From an uncultured Candidatus Woesearchaeota archaeon (GTDB taxonomy: Archaea > Nanobdellota > Nanobdellia > Woesearchaeales > UBA10107): 64,000 nucleotides of DNA. Shown here in pieces: positions 37,331-46,300 of the stretch. The notes under the pieces were generated by a model, which saw only the letters and a list, made by a program, of their open reading frames with translations, was not told the origin of the DNA and searched no databases. The position numbers were made by a program, and so were the translations under genes. Location of the stretch: the NCBI GenBank assembly GCA_963835585.1, contig CAWIGF010000001.1, forward strand, positions 226,281-290,280. The letters run 5' to 3'. How positions within the stretch are numbered: position 1 is the stretch's first letter; each line of letters opens with the position of its first letter.

Positions 37331-40300
37331 CGATACTTGATTCACGAACCAAGTGAATGTCAATGGCTCGCTGCTTGACTCTGATGCAGTAACATTGAAT
37401 GTTAGATTTGTGGTTGAGGAGGTGTTTAAGTTGAGCGAAACATTAATTGCACCATTCGTTGATTGAACTAGTCCTGATTGATTTGGATAGAAAGAAGTGT
37501 AATTGAGCATATTTAATGTGAAAACAGAATTTGAACAGACAGTCGATCCGTCTTGGGACATATCATTCGGTGTTATGCATGCTGTCCAGTTCTGGCCTGG
37601 CATGAGTTCCTGCGAAGCCATGACGTAACTTTGATTATGATAAATATTAAGGATTTCTTGAGGGGATAATGCTCGGTTGTATATTTGCGCATTATCTATC
37701 ATTCCTGTAAATGACCAACCAGGACTATGATATATTCCAAGATAAAAAGGATTATTAGTTATGGAGATTGGTCCATTCGCTGCAATACTATTGTCAAGCG
37801 CTCCGTTGACAAATATGGATATATTTATGTTGTTGTATGTGAAGGCAACATGGTACCATTGTCCTGTGTTCAGGTTCGCGCTCCCTGTGAGTTGGGCTCC
37901 TCCGTTTATTCTCACCATAAGAGTATTTGAGGAGCCAGTATAGAACCCGAATGAAATCTCTCCCTGCGAACCTGTTAGAGGTCCTTTGAAAAATAGCCCA
38001 GCATTGAAATTACTAACTGGCAGGTATACCCAAGCCATGCAAGTAATATTAGGTTGAGTTAAGTTGAGACTCTGGCTGAATGGTATTGTAATGTATGATG
38101 AATTTACATTATTGAAATAATATGCGCCGTGACCATCATATCCTCCTGTCATATTCCATGTCGCATTGACTACAGTTCCATTATTGCCGTATGTAGAATA
38201 GTCCTCTGTCCAAGTAGAAGTAGAGCCCCCTTCAAATGGCATGTTTAGAACTGCAATTGAAGTTCCGTTCAATCTCCAGTCTGTTATGTTGACAATGGAA
38301 ACATTATTTGAGTCGGTTGAGTTCCAATAGACAGTCAAGTTCTCAGCAGTCGTATTCGTCCCATATGTTGAATTGAGTAGTATTGATGTTGCATTCGGCG
38401 GTAAGAAGGAAGTTGCATTCAGAAGGAATGTAAATGTTGCATTATATGGCATGGAACCATTCACAACGACAGTCACATTATACAAGCCACTTTTACTGAA
38501 TAAATTGGAGAACATATCTGTAGATCCTGATGCCAATGTCTGGACGAATGTCGATACTTGGTTCACGAACCATGTGAATGTCAATGAAGGCTGACCGCTT
38601 ATTGCCGTAATATTAAAGACTAGATTAGTAAATGGAGAACTGCTTTCTATAATGCTTACATTTACCTGACCAGAAGTAAGACTCTGCAGCTGTCCCGTTG
38701 CATTTGGATAGAAATTGGTTATCTGAACGTTGTTAATATACAGATTGTTTGAACATACAGTTGTTCCGTCACTTGTTCCATCGTTTGGAGTTATGCAGGA
38801 TGTCCAGTTCTGGCCTGGAGAAAGCATTGATGAGTCTATGACATAGGATTGGTTGTTGTATATGTTCAGGATTTCTTGTGGAGACAATGCCTGATTTAAG
38901 ACAAGAACATTATCAATTGTTCCATTGAACCTATTTCCTGTGTTGTTAGCACCTATGTAGAAACTTGCGTTTGCAACTGCAGGCATCGTCGAAAGATTTA
39001 CAGATAATACTGATTTGCCCATGAAGTACGCAGTATAGTTCCAGACGCTTGTTGCTGTTCTTAACCTGGTGACGGCGACAAAATTCCACCTTTTTGCCGA
39101 AGTCACGTTGATGTTCATGAGAGTATAGGTTGTCGCATTCATGTATCCTGCAATTATCCCACACGTGCTGTTCATGAATATACTTAATTCAGGATGATAC
39201 AAAACTCTTGGATAATTCGAAACAGTATTATTGCAGTTATTTGCATAGAACCAAGCCATAATTGTGTAATTAATCGTTTCGTTGAGATTCATCGTCAATG
39301 TTGTGTTGATAAATCCAGTTCCATTAAACATGTAAGCGCCGAATCCGTTGTATCCACCTGTTGAATTCCATGTTGCATTGATTACAGTTCCATTATTTCC
39401 ATAAGTTGAGTAATCCCTTGTCCATGTCGAGTTGGAGCCACCTTCGAATGGCATGTTCAAGACAGCTATTGAAGTTCCATTCAATTTCCAGTCAGTGATG
39501 TTGATGACTTTTGCGTTAGTTCCAGGCGTGACGCTCCAATAAGTGGTTAAATTTTCAAATGATGTATTATATCCATATGTTGAATTGAGCAGTACGAAGC
39601 TTATGGAAGGAGGCAGATATGTTGCATTGACAAAGAATTTGAAAGTGACATTGTTCGCTGAATTGCTTCCATTGACTGTCACCGAGACATTATATAATCC
39701 AGATTTGCTGAAAAGCTGGCTGAACATGGATGTGAACCCAGATGCTAATGTTTGTACAAATGTTAATACTTGATTGATGAACCATCTGAATGTCAACGGC
39801 TCGTTGCTTGATTCTGAAACAGTAACATTGAATGTTAAATTATTTACTGTTGATGAGGCTCCAGTAATGCTTACATTGATTTGACCAGAGGAAATATTCT
39901 GAACCTGTCCCGTTGCATTCGGGTAGAATGATATGTATTTGATTCTGTTGAGCGTGAAGACTGTGTTGGAACACACCGTACTTCCATCTGTTGTTCCGTC
40001 ATTTGGAGTTATGCAGGCTGTCCAATTCTGGTTTGGCTGAAGTTCTTGCGAAGCCATAATATATGATTGATTATTATAAAGATTGAGGATTTCTTGGGAA
40101 CTCAATGATTTATTGAACACCAATAAGTTGTCGATTGATCCATTAAAGTAACCTCCGTTGCCTCCTCCTAATGCTGCGTAAGGTACTTGACCACCAGTCA
40201 ACGTGTTGCCAGAGTCATACCTGGAAGTATTGTATACTCCATTCACGTACCAGGATATGTTAAGATTATTGTACACAAAAGTAAGCATTACCCAGTTGGT

Positions 40301-43300
40301 TGATATTGGGCTTGTTGTAGCGAGTGGACCCGAAGGATTGTATCCACCATTCTCCAGCGTAGAGGCGTCACATATTCCTGGAGCCTCGATATTGCATCGG
40401 AACAGAACATCATCGTCCTCAAACACAACTTCGTTAGTAATTGCTGCCACCTGATTCTCTTTTATCCATGTACTTATAGTAAATCCGTTCACTATGCCAA
40501 CAACACTCGGTATCAACATATATGCATTAATTCCGTTGAACATATATGCTCCATACCCATTATATCCTCCAGTCGCATTCCAGATAGTATTATAGCCTGT
40601 TCCATTATTACCCCATGTTGAATAATCCCTTGTCCAAGTTGAGTTAGAACCTCCTTCGAATGGCATGTTCAATAAGGCAATTGAATTTCCATTCATACGC
40701 CAGTCTGTTATATTTGTTATATTACGGTTAAGAGGGCTTGAGGAATTATAATAAACAGTAAGATTTTCGTCTGTGTAGTTTGTTCCGAATGTTGAATTCA
40801 AGGTTATATTATTTGCCACTGGCAAACCACTTTTAATTACTACATTATTGCTACATACGGTTGCTCCATCTCGAATTTCGTCAGTTGGAGTTATGCAGGC
40901 TGTCCAATTCTGACCCACTTGCAGCATTGATGAGTCTATGACATAGGATTGGTTGTTGTATATGTTCAGGATTTCTTGCGGAGACAACGCTTGTCTGTAG
41001 ATTTGGACATTATCAATTTGCCCATTTAAATAATCATAGAAATCGTATCTTGTCCCTATTAGAAGAGGATAAGTGTTTGGAACTGGAGCTCCACCCTGTT
41101 GCGCAAAACTTCCTGCCGGAAGACCATTAAGATAGAATGAAACAAGACCACTACCTATTGTAACTACCGCATAATTCCATGAATTTGAAGTCATCGATGT
41201 CGGTGAACTATAGATTGAATAATCGGCACTATTAGTACCATTTTGATAGTAGAGTTGCAATGCTCCTGTTGATGGATTTGGGAAGAACTCAAAGTTTCCT
41301 GCTGAGCTCCCAGGAGAATCTTTAGCCATTATGAAATAATAAGTATTCAAATCATTCAGATAAATCCATGCGGATAGCGTGAAGTTGTCCGTCAGGTTGA
41401 GACTCTGGCTGTTTGAAACATTGATATAACCCCCGCTGAAAGAATAACCTCCGTAACCATCATATCCGCCAGTCGCACTCCATACTAAGTTGTTCAAAGT
41501 TCCGTTATTACCCCATGTTGAATAATCCCTTGTCCAAGTTGAGTTAGAACCTCCTTCGAATGGCATATTTAACGCCATTGTTGAATTGCCGCTGATTCTC
41601 CAGTCTATTATATTGGCAAGAGAATATCCAATAGGGCTTGTTGAATTCCATGAGAAAAGCAAATTCTCAAGAGTGGTGTTAAATCCATATGTTGAATTCA
41701 ACAGTGTTGAGTTTGCGTAAGGAGGTTGATAATTCGTTGCATTTACAAAGAATCTGAACGTCTGGTTTGTTGCCGGATTCGAGGCATTTACCACAACAGT
41801 TACATTATACAATCCAGGCGTACTGAACAAGTTAAAGAATGTGCTTATGAAGCTGGATGTCAATGTCTGCACAAATGTAAGGACTTGGTTCACGAACCAG
41901 CTGAATGTCAATGCCGGCTGATTTGTATTCGCAGTCATGACAAATGTAGCATTTGCTGAAGTAGCGGGCTCTACGCTGCTTGAATTGGTTTGCATATATG
42001 AAATATTCTGGGTTTGACCTGTCTTATTCGGATAGAAACTAATGAGTTGTATGTTGTTGATGTAAATATTATTGGAACAGACAGTATTTCCTTCAAGAGT
42101 GCCGTCATCGGGAGTTACACATGCAGTCCAGTTATCCCCTGGACTGAGCTCCGTGTTCGCCAAAATATATGGCTTATTATTGTACAGATTGTAGATTTCC
42201 TGCGGAGACAATGCTCGGTTGTAGATTTGGACATCGGAAATTGAACCGTTGAAACCATATCCATATCCAGGACCTCCATATCTGCCTATGTCCAACATAC
42301 CTGGAGTTCCTGATGTTATCATACCACTAGAATCATAATTTCCATTCACATATATAGTTAAAATATTATTACTATTTGTAGTGACTGCGACAAAATACCA
42401 CTGAGTTTTATTAATCGGAGTTTGCCCATATATATAAGTAATAGATCCTGCACCTCCAACGACATTTAATTGAGTGTCCCCAGTATTGCCACCATAAAGG
42501 CTTACCCAATAATTATTTCCACCAAAATCGAGCATATATTGATCCGAAGTGGGATCGGTACTTTGTGGGTAAAACCAGAATGTTCTGGTATTAACACTGC
42601 CCATCACCAAATTACTAACGTTGATGTATTCGTCAACATCAGCAGCGTTCCCTGAACCATCAAAATAATATGCTCCGAATCCATTGTATCCTCCAGTTGA
42701 ATTCCATATGGCATTATTGACGGTTCCATTGTTGCCGTATGTAGAATAGTCCTCTGTCCATGTTGAGTTAGAGCCTACTTCGAATGGCATGTTGAGGATT
42801 GCAATGCTTGTTCCGTTGTTTCTCCAGTCTGTGATGTTCTGGACAGGAAGTTTAGCCAGATCAGTCTCATTGTAGTAAGCAGTGATGTTCTCGAAAGTTG
42901 TATTTGTTCTCTTACTGGAGTTGATGAAAACAGAATTCACAATAGGATTTACGTCAGTCACGTTAAGATTGAATGTGAATGAATTGTTCGTATATGAATT
43001 ATTAACTACAACGGTAATGTTGTACTGGCCAGTCGCAGCGAATAACTGAGAAAACATGCTCGTCAATCCTGATGTCAAGGTCTGGACTAATGCAAGTACT
43101 TGGTTCACGAACCAGCTGAACGTGAGAGGGCCGCTTATGGAATAGTCTATGTAATTTCCTGTAGCGTTGAATGTCAGATTTGCTACAGATACATTCTCCG
43201 CTATCGAAATGCTAGTCGTCGTATAGGGAATATTCTGAGTCTGCATAGAACTATTCGGATATATGGCAGAAATGTAAGGTGCATCTAGTATCAATATTTT

Positions 43301-46300
43301 ATTCGAACAAAGCGTAGGACCATCGACCTTGTCATCGTTTGGAGTCACACATGCAGTCCAGTTGTCACTTGCATTAAGCTCCTTGTTTGACATTATATAA
43401 CTTTGACTATCGTTGATGTTCAAAATTTCTTGAGGAGATAATGCTCTGTTGTAGATTTGGACATTGTCGATTGTACCATTAAAGTAATTACCCAGTCCGA
43501 TGCTACCGATATATAGATTATCAGTACCACTCGGCAATGATCCACTAGCTCCTATGGTTTCCGTATTATTGATTCCATCAATATATAATGTTGCGTCTCC
43601 ATTATTATATACTGCTACAAAATAATGCCAGGTGTTATATGAAGGAGCATATGTACTAAGTGTGTCATAAGAGACTGCATTTGTCCATCTGAAGAACACG
43701 AATCCTTCCTCTGCACCATAAGTTGGTCCAAGCAACTGCGCATAGTAAGATGTAGGATATTTGTCTATGAACACAGGATAATCCGTATTTGGTGCAGGAT
43801 ATTTAGCCCACCAAGAAACGGACATTCGTGAAGCGCCATCAAAAACACCTTTGTTAGACATGTTGATATAACTAATTGCCCCGTCAAATTGGTATGCTCC
43901 CTGCCCATTATACCCGCAACTAGAACACCATGTTGCGTTCACAACCGTTCCATTATTGCCGTATGTGGAGTAATCCCTCGTCCAATTGGAAGTAGAACCA
44001 CCTTCAAATGGCATATTCAGGACAGCTATTGAGATATTGTTTAATCTCCAGTCTGTGATGTTGACAATAGGGTCCATATCAGGATCTGATAAATTATAAT
44101 ACACTGTAAGATTCTCTGTTGTGAGATTCGTGCCGAACGTGGAATTTATGAAAACGGATGTTATGTTAGGAGGGGTGTTGTTTGTGATAAAGTATGTGGA
44201 CCAGTGCGTTACCTTGAAAGTTACGAAGATATTATTAGGATTTCCAGAGCATGCGGGATTGAAGCATGAAGTTCCTTCGCAAGTCGTATAATTTTGAAGC
44301 CTTGCCAATGTCACGTTTTTTGTGAAGTTGTTGAGCATCTTTATTGAATAATTCTGGCAACTGAAATCCTTGCTGTTCAGGGTCAGAAAGTTTGTTGAAG
44401 TTATATTCAAAGGATTCTCCGCGCTTGAGTTTAATGAAGCTATTGAATCGTTCAGATAGATGTTTTGTATGCTTGTAAAGTTAATAGGGCCGTGGAAAGA
44501 AAGAGTATTGTTCCTTTCGGAAAGGTTCAGATAGTCATTATTTCCCCCGTTTATTTTAACGTATGAATCTAACGTGTTGTTTGACCAGAAATTATTGAAG
44601 ATGACATTACCAGTTGTCCCAGCAAGAAAAATAATTCCATACGTGTTATTAAATAAACTATTGTTCCCTATAGAGGAGCCAGTGGCCCCACCATCTAAAG
44701 CAATTCCTCCAGTTTGGTTGTACATTATATTGTTAAAAATAATCGCAGTAGTGCCGCCAACTAGCTCAATTCCATAAGGGCTATTACTTGCAATCGTATT
44801 GAATGTTGCATTAACGACAGCTCCAGCAGATGTATAAATGCCATCTTGCATATTAGACACTATAGTATTGTTGAACAGTGGAATTTCACCGCTGCCACCT
44901 GAAAAGTATACCCCATATTCCGAGCCATTCGCGATTGTATTTTGTGTGATTATATTACCAGGATAACCTCCTAGTCCTGCTTCAAGATCAAATCCTTCAA
45001 CAGAAACATTGTTTATTACATTGTTTGAAATAATTGTATAAACTGCAGGAGGGTGTATGTCTATCCCTATACCTTGAGAGAAAGAATTGGTTATTTTGTT
45101 ACTTGTGATTGTTGTCTGGTTAGCTGCCACGTAAATGCTCGTGTTGCATGAAAAGAACGTATTGTTTGCGACTGTAAGGTTAATTGTTGGATAGACTATA
45201 TTCAGACAATCAACTGAGTTGCTGGAAAATGTATTGTTGAGAATATTATCATTGAAGCTTGGATTGGCAGTTCCACCACCACCGAAATATATTCCAGTTG
45301 AATCGTTGATAAAATTATTTTGAAGGATATACGAGCTGTTTACCGAATAGAACTGCATGGCCGTGCTTGCATTTTCTATAGTGCAGCCAATTATGGTTAT
45401 ATTGTTGCTGTTGGAAGAAGACAGATAAGTAAATCCTGCTCCGTTGATTATTGTGTTGTAACAGTTGATATTTACATTGCTTGTGTTATATATCATTGAT
45501 GTGTTCAGGTAATATGTTCCAGGGCATAATGTGATGTTTCCTGTTAGATTAAGTCCGTTCGTTGGTACAGTACATGTTAATACTTGGAATGTGAATGTCT
45601 GGTTGTTTGCCGGATTCGAACCATTTACTACAGCAGTAACGTTGCTCAGACCTATAAGGCTTGATATTGCCTCTGTAAATGAGCTTGTAAATGCCGATGT
45701 CAAAGTCTGGACAAATGTCGATATTTGGTTCACGAACCATGTGAATGTCAACGGCTCGTAGCTTGATTCTGTAGCGGTTACATTGAACGTCATGCTTCCG
45801 GAACTGTTGTAGCTCGCGTTAATGAACACAGTATTTACTCCTGGTGTCGTATTCTGCGTCTGACCCGTAGTGGCATTCGGAGCATAAGATATTATCTGTA
45901 TGTGGTTGAGCATTAAGACTTGGTTGGATATGTTAGTCACTCCGTTAACACCATTTTCTGGAGTTACCGCGACAGTCCAGTTTTCTCCCGGTCTTGTGTT
46001 GTTTGCAATAATGACATTCCTGTTGGATGCGTTGAACATCAAAATTTGCTGAGGGGTGAATGTACGGTTATATATTCCTACGAAGTCCATCTGTCCTATG
46101 AATCCCATTCCAATCAATATAGGATTTCCACTTGAGATATTTACCCAAGATATTGTAGAAGTATTGACTAACACTCCGTTGACATAAAGCTCCATTCTAT
46201 TTCCATCAAATATGTTTACAAATACATCTGACCAATTATTCAAGGATATTGCAGTGCTTGAATTAGCTTTATACAAAAATGTTGATGCAACTGATGATGC

